A stretch of 64,000 nucleotides of DNA from Gemmatimonadota bacterium. GTDB lineage: Bacteria > Gemmatimonadota > Gemmatimonadetes > Longimicrobiales > Gaopeijiaceae. Numbering within the stretch: the first letter of the stretch is position 1; each line of letters begins with the position of its first letter. Location of the stretch: the NCBI GenBank assembly GCA_022823365.1, contig JAJDXG010000045.1:30486-94485 (forward strand). The letters run 5' to 3'. Positions 1 to 9,401 of the stretch are shown piece by piece. A program made the translations under genes and the position numbers. The notes under the pieces are model-generated. The model had not been told where the DNA came from and did no database searches. It was given only the letters and a program-made list of their open reading frames with translations.

Positions 1-570
1 GCGGTAGCCGACCGGACGCTCGCCGGTGACCTCGGTGAAATACGCGACCGCGCGTTCCAGCAGGGCCCGCTCCTCGTCTGCCTCGAGCAGCGAGTTGGTC
101 TCGTGGATCCAGCCGTGAATGCCGATCTCGTGGTGACCCGCGGCCTGGATCGCGTCCAGCATTTCCGGGTTGAACTGGAGGCTCATCGCCGGGATGAAGA
201 AGGATGCGGGGATGTCGTGCTCGTCGAGGACCTCGAGTACCCGCGGGAGCGCGCGGCGGGCGCCGTACTGGCCCTGCGAGAGGGCGCCGATGGTGGGTTG
301 CCCGTTGCGGATGGGAATGGTTTCGTTGTCCACGTCGAAGGAGAGCAGCACCGCGGCGCGCGCCCCGCCCGGCCAGCTGGCGGGCGTAAGGTCGCGTCCG
401 GCCCTTACTGCGTTGACGGTCGCGAAGACGCGCTCGTCGCTCCATCGCCAGCCGGGCTCGTCGTCGGCCTGGGGCGACTGGGCGGCGTCAGCGGTCCCGG
501 CGCCGGGCGCGCAAGAGGAGAGGATGATGGCCAATGCTGCGGTGGCCAGGAGGGTCGGGTGCGCGTTCAT
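1..570 (-). CDS. polysaccharide deacetylase (NodB/CE4-like) family lipoprotein, partial (C-terminus lies beyond window edge)
   Basis: Absent from the ORF track because it runs off the edge. My reverse-complement translation from ATG 570..568 gives MNAHPTLLATAALAIILSSCAPGAG (lipobox LSSC), then AVLLSFDVDNE, DIPASFFIPA, GHHEIGIHGWIHE and ERPVGYR, with no stop down to position 1. Confidence 0.7.
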   Translation of the reverse strand, partial: MNAHPTLLATAALAIILSSCAPGAGTADAAQSPQADDEPGWRWSDERVFATVNAVRAGRDLTPASWPGGARAAVLLSFDVDNETIPIRNGQPTIGALSQGQYGARRALPRVLEVLDEHDIPASFFIPAMSLQFNPEMLDAIQAAGHHEIGIHGWIHETNSLLEADEERALLERAVAYFTEVTGERPVGYR

Positions 571-727
571 GGATGCTCCCGGTTTCGGGTTCCGGTCGGG
601 GGGCGCAGTCGCAACAATACGGATTCGATATGGAGCGTAACAGTATGCGAGGGAGACGCAGGGATGCAGGCGAGGACCGTGGGAGGCCTGCGGCGGGCGC
701 CACCCCGGATGGCAGGCGGGCCTGGCC

Positions 728-2182
728 ATGCAGGCTGGGCGTGACGATGTGTGGAGCGGGCGCGGGCGCGTGAGTGCCGCCGCAGACCTGGCTTTTCGCC
801 CGGCCGCCGAACTCGCCGCGCGGGTGGCGGCCCGGGAGGTGTCGGCGGAGGAGGTGGTGTCGGCGGCGCTCGACCGCGTCGGTCGGCACAACCCGGTGGT
901 GAACGCGGTGGTGACCCTCTCCCCGCGCGCCCTCGATGACGCGCGCGCGATCGACCGGCGGCTGGCGCGGGGCGAGGATCCCGGCCCGCTCGCGGGAGTG
1001 CCGGTCGGGATCAAGGACATGACGGCGGTGGCGGGGCTGCGCACCACCTACGGCTCGCCGCTGTACGCGGACCACGTGCCCGCGGAGGACGCGCTGGTGG
1101 TGCGCCGGCTGCGGGCCGCCGGGGCGGTGGTGGTGGGCAAGACCAACACGCCGGAGTTCGCCGCGGGGGCCAACACCTTCAACGACGTATTCGGCGCAAC
1201 CCGCAACCCGTGGGACCCGGCGCTATCGGCCGGAGGGTCGACCGGCGGGGGGGCGGCGGGGCTCGCGACCGGCATGTTCGCGCTGGCGGAGGGGACCGAC
1301 CTGGGCGGGTCGCTCCGCATCCCGGCGGCCTTCTGCGGGGTGACCGGGCTCCGCCCCTCCCCCGGCCTGGTCCCCACCGAGCCCACCGACTGGGTGTGGG
1401 ACACCCTGCTGGTCACCGGCCTGATGGCGCGCACGGCCGGGGACGTCGCGCTCGGGCTCGCGGCGGTCGCGGGGCCGGCCGCGGGGTCGCCACTCCGGCA
1501 GGCGGTCGCGGGGCGGGACTTCCCGGCCGCCGCCCGGGCGGGAATGGCACAAGGCGCCCGCGTCGCCTACTGCGCCGACGTGGCGGGGATGGGGGTGGAT
1601 GCGGGAGTGGAGGCGGTATGCCGGGACGCGGCGTTCGAACTGGGTCGGGCGGGCGCCGCAGTGGAGGAGATCGACCTGGACCTCTCGCACGCCCGGCGGG
1701 CCTTCCTCGACCTGCGCGGGCAGTGGATGGTCGCGCACCACCAGGACCGCCTGCACCGCATCGGCGAGCTGGGTCCCAACCTCGCCGGCAACATCCGCGC
1801 GGGCCTCGCCACCACGGCCGGTCAGCTCGGCCGCGCCGATCAGGTGCGCAGCGACCTCTGGCATCGGTTCGCCCGGCTGCGGCGCAACTTCGACTACCTG
1901 CTCACGCCGACCACCGCCGTCCCTCCCTTCCCCGTCGACCAGAGCCATCCCACGGAGATCGCGGGGCGCCGGCTCGAGACCTACGTGGACTGGTTTGCCC
2001 CCACGTTCGTGCTCTCGCTCACCGGTCTGCCAGTCGCCTCGGTGCCCGTCGGGCTGGACTCCCGCGGGCTCCCGGCAGGCCTCCAGGTGGTGGGTCCTCC
2101 CGCAGGCGAGGAGGCGGTGCTGGCTCTGGCCGCGACCCTTGAGCGCCTGCGTCGCCCGGAGCGGCCACCGCTCGCGGAGTGA
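728..2182 (+). CDS. amidase (amidase-signature family, GatA-like)
   Basis: 484-aa ORF with VPVGIKD and the AS block GGSTGGGAAGLATGMFALAEGTDLGGSLRIPAAFCGVTGLRPS. In-frame GTGs at 749 and 770 are alternative starts. Confidence 0.85.
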   Translation: MQAGRDDVWSGRGRVSAAADLAFRPAAELAARVAAREVSAEEVVSAALDRVGRHNPVVNAVVTLSPRALDDARAIDRRLARGEDPGPLAGVPVGIKDMTAVAGLRTTYGSPLYADHVPAEDALVVRRLRAAGAVVVGKTNTPEFAAGANTFNDVFGATRNPWDPALSAGGSTGGGAAGLATGMFALAEGTDLGGSLRIPAAFCGVTGLRPSPGLVPTEPTDWVWDTLLVTGLMARTAGDVALGLAAVAGPAAGSPLRQAVAGRDFPAAARAGMAQGARVAYCADVAGMGVDAGVEAVCRDAAFELGRAGAAVEEIDLDLSHARRAFLDLRGQWMVAHHQDRLHRIGELGPNLAGNIRAGLATTAGQLGRADQVRSDLWHRFARLRRNFDYLLTPTTAVPPFPVDQSHPTEIAGRRLETYVDWFAPTFVLSLTGLPVASVPVGLDSRGLPAGLQVVGPPAGEEAVLALAATLERLRRPERPPLAE

Positions 2183-2368
2183 TCTCGTCGAGCGTCGGAT
2201 GCCCCCGGGGCCGGGGAGGCCGCGCTCGCCTTCCACGCCGGGCGCCGCTTCCCCGCCTTGCCCGCCTTCCGCGCGGCATCTACGATCCTGCAATCATCCT
2301 ACGGAAATCTCAGGGAAGCGAATCCGCATAGAGCATTCCCACCCTCCATCGACGGAAAGGAGCAAGTC

Positions 2369-3457
2369 ATGGCCAGAGCAGCTTCCGGTTCATCCCGCCG
2401 GCGATTCTTCAAGCAGGGCTTCGGCATCGGCGCGGGAGCGCTGGCCCTCGGCCGCTGGCCCCGAGGGCTGTTGAGGCGGCAGCAAGCGGGCGCCCCCCTC
2501 ATCATCACCAGCCACACCAACGAGACCGGGCGCAACGCCATGGCGCAGGCGTGGGACATCCTCTCCCAGGGCGGAAGCGCGCTGGACGCGGTGGAGCGCG
2601 GCGCCAACGTGATCGAGGTGGATCCCGATGATGCCGGGGTCGGCTACGGCGGGCTTCCCAACGAGGACGGCGTGGTGCAGCTCGACGCGTCCTGCATGGA
2701 CGGAAAGACCTACAGCGCCGGCGCGGTGGCGTCGATCGAGGACATCAAAACCCCGTCGTCGGTCGCGCGGCTGGTGATGGAGCGCACCGACCACGTGATG
2801 CTGGTGGGGCCGGGCGCGCGCGAGTTCGCTCTCTCCTTCGGCTTCAAGGCCGAGAACCTGCTGACCGAGAACGCGCGCATGGCGTGGGTGCGCTGGCGCG
2901 AAACCCACAGCGAGCGGCGGGACGACTGGGGTCCGCCCGACCACATCCGCGACAGGCCCGGCAGGCAGACCGGCGGGCTCCCCGGCGAGGACGACTTCAA
3001 CTACGGCACCACCAACGTGCTGGCCGTGGACGCCAACGGGGACGTGGCGGGCATTACCACCACCAGCGGCCTCTCCTGGAAGATCCCCGGCCGCATCGGC
3101 GACTCGCCCATCATCGGCGCCGGGCTCTACGTCGACAACGACGTGGGCGCGGCGGCGGTCACCGGACGCGGCGAGGACGTGATCAAGTCGTGCGCGTCGT
3201 ACTTCATCGTCGGGCGCATGCGCGAGGGACGCTCGCCGCAGGAGGCCTGCGAGGACGCCGTCGAGATGATCGTGGGCCGGTACCGGGCGGTCGACCTCGA
3301 CTTCGTGCCCAGCGAGAAGTTCGTCGCGATCAACAGGGACGGCGAGATCGGCTGCGCGCGCATGGCGGGCAGCTCCGGCCGCATCGGCACGCTTACGTAC
3401 CGCAACTCCTCGGGCCTCCACACCTTCGAAGGCACCCAGCTCTACCCGACCAGCTGA
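2369..3457 (+). CDS. N4-(beta-N-acetylglucosaminyl)-L-asparaginase / isoaspartyl peptidase family Ntn hydrolase, TAT-exported
   Basis: ORF 2258..3457, with the start moved to ATG 2369, which is preceded by AAAGGAG. Twin-arginine signal SRRRFFKQGFGIGAGALA. Asparaginase-2 type core YGTTNVLAVDANGDVAGITTTSGLSWKIPGRIGDSPIIGAGLY and TGRGEDVIK. Confidence 0.85.
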   Translation: MARAASGSSRRRFFKQGFGIGAGALALGRWPRGLLRRQQAGAPLIITSHTNETGRNAMAQAWDILSQGGSALDAVERGANVIEVDPDDAGVGYGGLPNEDGVVQLDASCMDGKTYSAGAVASIEDIKTPSSVARLVMERTDHVMLVGPGAREFALSFGFKAENLLTENARMAWVRWRETHSERRDDWGPPDHIRDRPGRQTGGLPGEDDFNYGTTNVLAVDANGDVAGITTTSGLSWKIPGRIGDSPIIGAGLYVDNDVGAAAVTGRGEDVIKSCASYFIVGRMREGRSPQEACEDAVEMIVGRYRAVDLDFVPSEKFVAINRDGEIGCARMAGSSGRIGTLTYRNSSGLHTFEGTQLYPTS

Positions 3458-3551
3458 GGTCCGGGACGGGCGAGACCCGGTGTCTCGCGGGCGGGCCGGA
3501 ACCGCCGAACCAGGCGCGTCCGGCCCGTCCGGTTCGTCCAGTTCACCCGCG

Positions 3552-4214
3552 ATGTCCGGCTCGCCCGTAACGGCCGGCTCGTACGCGGCGGACACCCGCG
3601 CCTGGTGGGCTCGCGGCCTCCTGTTCGAGAGCTGCAACTGCCAGGTGGTCTGTCCGGGCCACGTCCACTTCAGCCAGAACTGCACCCACGAGCGCTGCCT
3701 CGGCTACTGGGCGCTCCGCTTCGACGAGGGCCGATACGGCGACACGCGCCTCGACGGGGTGCGCGCGGTGGTCGCCTTCGAGTGCCCGCAACTGATGATC
3801 GCGGGCGACTGGACCGAGGTGCTGCTCATTGACGAACAGGCGTCGCCGGACCAGCGGGAGGCCGTGGAAGCCATCCTGCGCGGCCATGCGGGAGGCCCGT
3901 GGCAGGTGCTGGCGCGCTTCGTCTCCGAGTGGCTGCCCACGCGCTTCGTCCCCATCGAGATCGAGGATGAGGGCAAGATGAAGCGGGTGCGAGTGGGGCG
4001 GCTTCTCGAAGCGTCCGTCGAGGACATTCGCGGATGGGACCGGGATCTTCCCGTCACCTTCCAGAACATGTTCAACCAGATCCACGACTCCAACCAGACC
4101 ATCGCGCGGGGCAGTACCCGCGGCGACATCGGCGGCATCCGCCTGCGCAACCAGGGGACGCACGGGCTGCACTCGCGCTTCGACTGGCGGGTGGGGCAGA
4201 ATCGAGGCACATGA
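3552..4214 (+). CDS. DUF1326-like Cys-rich protein
   Basis: ORF 3480..4214. The GLLFESCNCQVVCPGH motif near the N-terminus matches my memory of DUF1326. The start is uncertain: GTG 3480 or ATG 3552. Confidence 0.6.
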   Translation: MSGSPVTAGSYAADTRAWWARGLLFESCNCQVVCPGHVHFSQNCTHERCLGYWALRFDEGRYGDTRLDGVRAVVAFECPQLMIAGDWTEVLLIDEQASPDQREAVEAILRGHAGGPWQVLARFVSEWLPTRFVPIEIEDEGKMKRVRVGRLLEASVEDIRGWDRDLPVTFQNMFNQIHDSNQTIARGSTRGDIGGIRLRNQGTHGLHSRFDWRVGQNRGT

Positions 4215-4281
4215 CGTTTCTGCGGGAACGCGGAGGAGACGTCGCCGGAGAACCGCCACGTGAGCCAGGAGGAATGCAATC

Positions 4282-5364
4282 ATGACCGCTCGCGCCGACA
4301 GAGATGACACCAGTATCGCAGGCCGGAACCACGGCTTCCCGAGCGCCTGCCGCGTTGCTCTTTCCGCCGCAATCCTGGTGGCGTTCAGCCCCGCGGCATC
4401 GGCCGCCGCCCAGGACGAGCCCCCGGCCAGCCCGCCCCCTGAATGGGAGGCTACGGCCATCGACTATTCCAACGTCCCCTACCCGTATCCGGTGGAATTC
4501 CTGGATGTCCGGCTGATGGGGGAGGACTACCGCATGGCGTACATGGACGTGGCGCCGGTGGGGGAGCCCAACGGGCGGACCGTGGTCCTGTTCCACGGAA
4601 TGAACTTCTTCGCCGCGGCCTTCGGGCCCACCATCGCCACGCTCACGGAGGCCGGGTTCCGGGCGATCGCGGTGGACCGGCTCGGCTACGGGCGCTCGTC
4701 CAAGCCGGTCATCCACTACAACCTGCACATGCCGGCGCGCCACACGAAGGCGCTGCTGGACGAGCTGGGCATCGGCCGGGTGGCCGTGCTGGGGCACTCG
4801 ATGGGCGGCATGGTGGCGACGCGCTTCACGTCGACGTACCCCGACGTGGTCACGCATGTGATCATGTCCAACCAGATCGGCCTCGCCGACACCCGCCACG
4901 GGCGGGCGTGGAGCGACCCGGAGGAGGTGTACGAGTCGACGCTCCACGGCACCACTTACGAGTCGACCCTGGCGGGACATCGGCGCTACTACCCGAACGG
5001 CTGGAAGAACGAGTACCTGCCGTGGGTGAAGGTCCAGTACGGGCTCACGCTGAGCGGTCACTGGCCGCGCATGGCGCGGGTGCGCGCGGCCCAGCGGCAG
5101 ATCACGTTCGAAGACCCGGTCGTGCACGAGTGGCAGTACATCCGGACGAAGGCGCTCGTGATCGGCGGGGCCGACGACCGGCTGAGCCGCGACTTCGCCG
5201 CCGCGGCGCGCAATGTGGCGGAGACGCTGCCGAACGCCGAACTCGTGCTCTTCCCCGGAATCGGCCACGTGCCGGCGTTCGAGTACCCGGAGCCGTATCA
5301 CGGGGAGGTCATCCGGTTCCTGCTGTCGGACCCGGAGGAGCCCGCGGATCAGGGGTGGCGGTAG
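4282..5364 (+). CDS. alpha/beta hydrolase, secreted
   Basis: Signal-like AAILVAFSPAASAAAQ, then VVLFHGMNFF and the nucleophile elbow GHSMGGMVA. C-terminal FPGIGHVPAFE provides the catalytic His region. Confidence 0.85.
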   Translation: MTARADRDDTSIAGRNHGFPSACRVALSAAILVAFSPAASAAAQDEPPASPPPEWEATAIDYSNVPYPYPVEFLDVRLMGEDYRMAYMDVAPVGEPNGRTVVLFHGMNFFAAAFGPTIATLTEAGFRAIAVDRLGYGRSSKPVIHYNLHMPARHTKALLDELGIGRVAVLGHSMGGMVATRFTSTYPDVVTHVIMSNQIGLADTRHGRAWSDPEEVYESTLHGTTYESTLAGHRRYYPNGWKNEYLPWVKVQYGLTLSGHWPRMARVRAAQRQITFEDPVVHEWQYIRTKALVIGGADDRLSRDFAAAARNVAETLPNAELVLFPGIGHVPAFEYPEPYHGEVIRFLLSDPEEPADQGWR

Positions 5365-5387
5365 GGGGAGCGGGACAAGACGCCTGG

Positions 5388-5711
5388 CTACCGCGGCAGG
5401 ACCCCGCCGATCGTGCCGGCGATCCACTGGTTGAGGCTCTTCCCCTCGGCGGCGGCAGCGGCAGCCGCGCTCGCGTGCAGATCCGGCGACATGCGCAGAT
5501 GGAACTTCCCGGAGTACGACCTCCGGGGCTCTACCCCGTCCTCCTCGCACATCTCGAGGAACACCTTGAGCGAAGTGGCCCCCTCCTTCCTGAGGCCCGC
5601 CACGTCGGGGGCGTAGAAGTCCGCTCCCCCGTTCAAGCCGATGAACTCGCCCCGAAACATGTCGATGTCCGGATCGAACTGAATGACGGCCTTGTAGCCG
5701 TCGATCTCCAT
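5388..5711 (-). CDS. hicB: type II antitoxin HicB
   Basis: 107 aa from ATG 5711 within ORF 5388..5909. HicB-like N-terminal pattern MEIDGYKAVIQFDPDIDMFRGEFIGLNGGADFY and a C-terminal DNA-binding-like tail KSLNQWIA. Lies 8 nt downstream of hicA. Confidence 0.85.
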   Translation of the reverse strand: MEIDGYKAVIQFDPDIDMFRGEFIGLNGGADFYAPDVAGLRKEGATSLKVFLEMCEEDGVEPRRSYSGKFHLRMSPDLHASAAAAAAAEGKSLNQWIAGTIGGVLPR

Positions 5712-5719
5712 GGTGTTCT

Positions 5720-5974
5720 TCACGGCTCCACTCCGTTCCTCCGCAGCCAGTTCCGGATGCTGGCGACCGCCCCGGCGTCGGTGTTGGGCGAAGGGTGCGG
5801 CCGGTGGAACACCCGGCGGTCGCCGAACAGCCTTACGCCGATGCGAGAGCCTTCCCGCTCGCTGACATCCGCACCCAGGTCCACCAGCAAGGCCTCGATT
5901 CTCCGCCATGGTATGTTGCCGCTTACCGGGTGGCGGAAGATCGACTCAAGGGTCTTGCGGTGCCTGCGCTTCAT
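5720..5974 (-). CDS. hicA: type II toxin HicA (mRNA interferase)
   Basis: 84 aa, MKRRHRKTLESIF ... RRVFHRPHPSP ... IRNWL, which has typical HicA length and His-containing core. Confidence 0.85.
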   Translation of the reverse strand: MKRRHRKTLESIFRHPVSGNIPWRRIEALLVDLGADVSEREGSRIGVRLFGDRRVFHRPHPSPNTDAGAVASIRNWLRRNGVEP

Positions 5975-5979
5975 TAGGG

Positions 5980-6008
5980 ATGATATCGTAATTTGATACC
6001 TGCATCAA
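5980..6008 (-). promoter_or_regulatory. candidate sigma70-type promoter of hicAB (TTGATG-17 nt-TATCAT), implying a near-leaderless transcript
   Basis: The minus strand reads TTGATG caggtatcaaattacga TATCAT ccctaATG. The -10 element ends 5 nt before the hicA ATG. This is a local AT-rich patch in a GC-rich background. Confidence 0.4.
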
Positions 6009-6089
6009 CTCACTACTCCCGGAAGCGCGGGTTGTGCCGCCGTCCAGGTCCATCCCGCGATATGAGGCCAGGCTGACGCCCATGGATCC

Positions 6090-6791
6090 ATGCCGGTCCT
6101 GAATACACCCTTCCTCCTCGCCGCGCTCATGTGGTTCGGGATGATGGCCGCCATGATGCTCCCGGTGTCGGTGCCGTGGGTGCGGGTGCTGGTTTCGCTG
6201 AGCGATGGGGGTGGTCGGGGGCCCGCAAGGGAAGCAGACGCGGTCGCGGGCGGCGCCGCAGCTAACGGCGGCCCGGGAGATCAGCCGGATGCTTCCGGGT
6301 TCGGCATCGCGCGCTGGCTGGCACGCGTCCGGCCGGGGGCGCTGTTCCTGGCCGGCTACCTGTCGGTCTGGCTGCTCTTCAGCCTGGCCGCGGCGGCGGT
6401 GCAGCTGGGGACGGCGGCGGTCGTCCCGCTCGGTCGCGATACACCGGTCGCGGGGTTCTTCCTCGTCGGCGCCGGCCTTTACCAGCTCTCACCGGTCAAG
6501 GCGGCCTGCCTGCGCCACTGCCGCAACCCGCTGACGTACTTCCTGACCCGCTGGCGGGACGGGCCGCGGGGCGCACTGGGGATGGGGTGGGGGCACGGCC
6601 TCTACTGCCTGGGCTGCTGCTGGGCGCTCATGGCGCTGGCGCTCGTGCTGGGCGTCATGAACCTGCTCTGGATGGCCGTGCTGGCGGCGGTGGTGTTCAT
6701 CGAGAACGTCGCGCCGGGCGGGGCGGTGATCGGCCGGGTCGCCGGGGTGGGGCTGGTGGTGTGGGGGTTGGTGGTGTGGGTCGCGGGGTGA
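6090..6791 (+). CDS. DUF2182-like predicted metal-binding membrane protein
   Basis: AALMWFGMMAAMMLP near the N-terminus and GLYCLGCCWALMALALVLGVMNLLWM near the C-terminus, with polytopic hydrophobic composition. Confidence 0.7.
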   Translation: MPVLNTPFLLAALMWFGMMAAMMLPVSVPWVRVLVSLSDGGGRGPAREADAVAGGAAANGGPGDQPDASGFGIARWLARVRPGALFLAGYLSVWLLFSLAAAAVQLGTAAVVPLGRDTPVAGFFLVGAGLYQLSPVKAACLRHCRNPLTYFLTRWRDGPRGALGMGWGHGLYCLGCCWALMALALVLGVMNLLWMAVLAAVVFIENVAPGGAVIGRVAGVGLVVWGLVVWVAG

Positions 6792-6819
6792 GGGATCGCT
6801 CAGGCCGCCGACTTGCGGC

Positions 6820-8868
6820 CTACGCCAGCACCGACACCATCTGGTACACCACGAAGGCCGCCGTCCACGCCAGCACGGTCATGTAGCCGAACTGGAGGGC
6901 GGGCCACTTCCAGCTTCCGGTCTCGCGGCGGGTCACGACGTTGGTGGGGAGGCACTGCATCGCCAGCACGAAGAAGACCAGCAGGGCCAGCGCGGTCGCG
7001 GTGGTGAACACCGGGCTGCCGTCGGCGTGGCGCTGGGCGCGCAGGGTCGCGCTCAGGGTCTCCTCGTCCTCTGCGGCGTCCTCGCCGATCCCGTAGACGA
7101 TGGCCAGGGTCGCGACGATCACTTCGCGGGCGGCGAATGACGAGATCACCCCCACGTTGATCTTCCAGTCGAACCCCAGAGGTGCAAAAACGGGCTCCAC
7201 CGCCTTGCCCACGCGCCCGGCAACCGAGTACTCGAGCTCGTAGGAAGAGAGCAGCGCCCCCGCCTCCGCCTCCAGCGCCTCGGCTTCCGTCTCGTCACCC
7301 GCGATGGCAGCGGCGGTGCGCAGATCCGCCACCTGGGCGATCGTTTCGGCCGGAACGACCGTGCTCCACTCCGACTCGTCCAGCTTGGGGTAGGTAGCCA
7401 GCACCCACAGCACGACCGAGATCCCGAGGATGATGGTGCCGGCGCGCGTGACGAAGGCTCGGCCGCGATCGTATGCGGTCAGGAGGGCGTTGCGCAGCGA
7501 CGGCAGCCGGTAGCGCGGCAGCTCGATCACCAGCGGGCTGGATGCGCCGGGGAGAATGGTGCTCTTGAACACGAAGGCCATCCCGATGGCCGCGGTCATG
7601 CCCAGCAGGTAGGCGCCCGTGAACACCACGCCCCCGACCACGGGACGATCCGCGAAAAGCAGCGCCGTGATCATCACGTAGACCGGCAGCCGCGCCGTGC
7701 ACGTGAGAAGCGGGATTACCAGGATCGACACCAGCCGGTCGCGCCAGTTCTCGATCACTCGCGTGGACATGATCGCCGGGATCGCGCACGCGTGCGCGGA
7801 GAGCATGGGCACGAACGCGCGGCCAGGGAGCCCGACCCGGCTCATGGGCCGGTCGGCCACGAACGCCGCCCGGGCCAGATACCCGCTGTCCTCCAGAAGG
7901 GTGATCAGGAAGAACAGAAAGCAGATCTGCGGCAGGAACACGAGCACCCCGCCGATCCCGCCGATCAGCCCGTTGACGACGAAGCTGTTCAGGTCTCCCG
8001 AGGGCAGAATCGCACCGAACACGTCCCCGGCGAAGCCGAAGCCGGCCTCGATCCACGCCATCGGATACTGCGCCACGGTGAAGATCGAAATGAAGACGGC
8101 CGCCATGATGAGCACGAACCCGGCCACGCCGTGGATCGGATGGGTCAGCCAGCGGTCGATGGCCTCGGTGAGGCGCAGCGACATCAGGCGCGTGCCCTTC
8201 GCCCGAACGGCCCGCGCGCCCACCTCTTCCGCCCAGTCGTAGCGCGCCTCGTGCGGGCAGGTCGTGCACGTGCCGCACGCCGCGATGCCTTCCGGGAGCG
8301 CCGGCATCGCATCCGGCCCCGAATCCAGCACGTAGGCGAGCTCCCGCTTCAGCAGATCGAAGCCGTGCCCCGAGCGCGAGTTGACGGCGACGACGGGCGA
8401 GCCGAGTTCGACCGCCAGCGAATCGGTGTCGATCTCCAGCCCGTCCGCCTCGGCCAGGTCGATCATGTTGAGGGCGATGACCATGGGCACGCCCAACTCC
8501 CGCACCTGTCCCGCGAGATAGAGATTGCGGGCGAGGTTGGTGGCGTCGACCACGACGATGGCCGCCTGGGGCCTGGGTCGTCCGGAGAGCTTGCCCAGGA
8601 GGGCGTCGCGGGCCGTCCGCTCCTCGGTCTTGTGCTCGGACATCGCGTAGAGGCCGGGCAGGTCGAGGAGCTGGATCGACTTCCCGTCCAACTCGAAGCT
8701 GCCCAGCCGCACGGAGGTGGTGGTGCCGGCGAAGTTGGCGGTCTTGCCGCGCATCCCCGTGAGCTGGTTGAAGAGCGTGGTCTTGCCCGCGTTGGGATTG
8801 CCCGCCAGCGCGACCGTGACCGGAACCGCGGCACGGGCGGGAAGGACGGGCAGGGAGACGGGGCTCAC
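6820..8868 (-). CDS. feoB: ferrous iron transporter FeoB
   Basis: ORF 6820..8940. G-domain motifs GNPNAGKTTLFNQLTG and LLDLPG are followed by a large polytopic permease domain. I prefer the GTG start at 8868, just after the feoA stop at 8882. Confidence 0.9.
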   Translation of the reverse strand: MSPVSLPVLPARAAVPVTVALAGNPNAGKTTLFNQLTGMRGKTANFAGTTTSVRLGSFELDGKSIQLLDLPGLYAMSEHKTEERTARDALLGKLSGRPRPQAAIVVVDATNLARNLYLAGQVRELGVPMVIALNMIDLAEADGLEIDTDSLAVELGSPVVAVNSRSGHGFDLLKRELAYVLDSGPDAMPALPEGIAACGTCTTCPHEARYDWAEEVGARAVRAKGTRLMSLRLTEAIDRWLTHPIHGVAGFVLIMAAVFISIFTVAQYPMAWIEAGFGFAGDVFGAILPSGDLNSFVVNGLIGGIGGVLVFLPQICFLFFLITLLEDSGYLARAAFVADRPMSRVGLPGRAFVPMLSAHACAIPAIMSTRVIENWRDRLVSILVIPLLTCTARLPVYVMITALLFADRPVVGGVVFTGAYLLGMTAAIGMAFVFKSTILPGASSPLVIELPRYRLPSLRNALLTAYDRGRAFVTRAGTIILGISVVLWVLATYPKLDESEWSTVVPAETIAQVADLRTAAAIAGDETEAEALEAEAGALLSSYELEYSVAGRVGKAVEPVFAPLGFDWKINVGVISSFAAREVIVATLAIVYGIGEDAAEDEETLSATLRAQRHADGSPVFTTATALALLVFFVLAMQCLPTNVVTRRETGSWKWPALQFGYMTVLAWTAAFVVYQMVSVLA

Positions 8869-8881
8869 GGGTCGCCTGGGA

Positions 8882-9199
8882 TCACGCGTCCAGGTGCCGC
8901 TCGTGGCACGGACGGCCGTCGTCGAGCCGCAGGAAGACATGGCGCGAGAGCCTCGCGGCGATCCCGAGGCGCGTTCCCATGACGCTGACGATCATCGGAT
9001 CGCCCGACTTCACCATGTGGAGCCGGCGGCCCAGGCACACGCCCATGGTCTTGAGGCGCTCGATGTCCTCATGATCCCCGTCTATGTGGCAGATGAGCCC
9101 GCACTCGCCGGCGTCGAGCCGGTCCGCGGGAACCCCGGGATCGGATTCGGACATCTGCTCCGGCTCGACCGGCTGGCGAGGGGCGTGGACTGACGGCAC
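8882..9199 (-). CDS. feoA: FeoA family protein
   Basis: FeoA/SH3-like segment IERLKTMGVCLGRRLHMVKSGDPMIVSVMGTRLGI, immediately upstream of feoB. An alternative ATG start lies at 9154. Confidence 0.8.
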   Translation of the reverse strand: MPSVHAPRQPVEPEQMSESDPGVPADRLDAGECGLICHIDGDHEDIERLKTMGVCLGRRLHMVKSGDPMIVSVMGTRLGIAARLSRHVFLRLDDGRPCHERHLDA

Positions 9200-9229
9200 G
9201 GGTGTCCTCGTCGTGTAAGCGGGTTCGGT

Positions 9230-9246
9230 ATGAGAATCATTCTCAT
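9230..9246. promoter_or_regulatory. Fur-box-like perfect 17-bp palindrome upstream of feoAB
   Basis: ATGAGAAT-C-ATTCTCAT. Its core TGAGAATCATTCTCA matches the 7-1-7 Fur consensus TGATAATNATTATCA, with one symmetric mismatch per half-site. It lies about 31 nt upstream of the feoA ORF start. Confidence 0.6.
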
Positions 9247-9401
9247 TCGCAAGCGCTGGAGAAGCAAGGGGAGCGTTGCCACGGCGTGGACCAGTGTCGC
9301 ACGCAACACCGGGGCGCCGTATCTTGCCTTGTTTGAGGTTGGGGCGCGCGAGCCATCGGGTCCGGGCGCCATCTTTGGGCCCTGCGAGGGAGAGAATCGA
9401 G

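Noticed and set aside
6803-6820. Hairpin GGCCGC-cgactt-GCGGCC between the convergent DUF2182 and feoB genes
   Set aside because: The stem is only 6 bp with no U-tract on either strand, and it overlaps the feoB stop codon. This is too weak to call a terminator.
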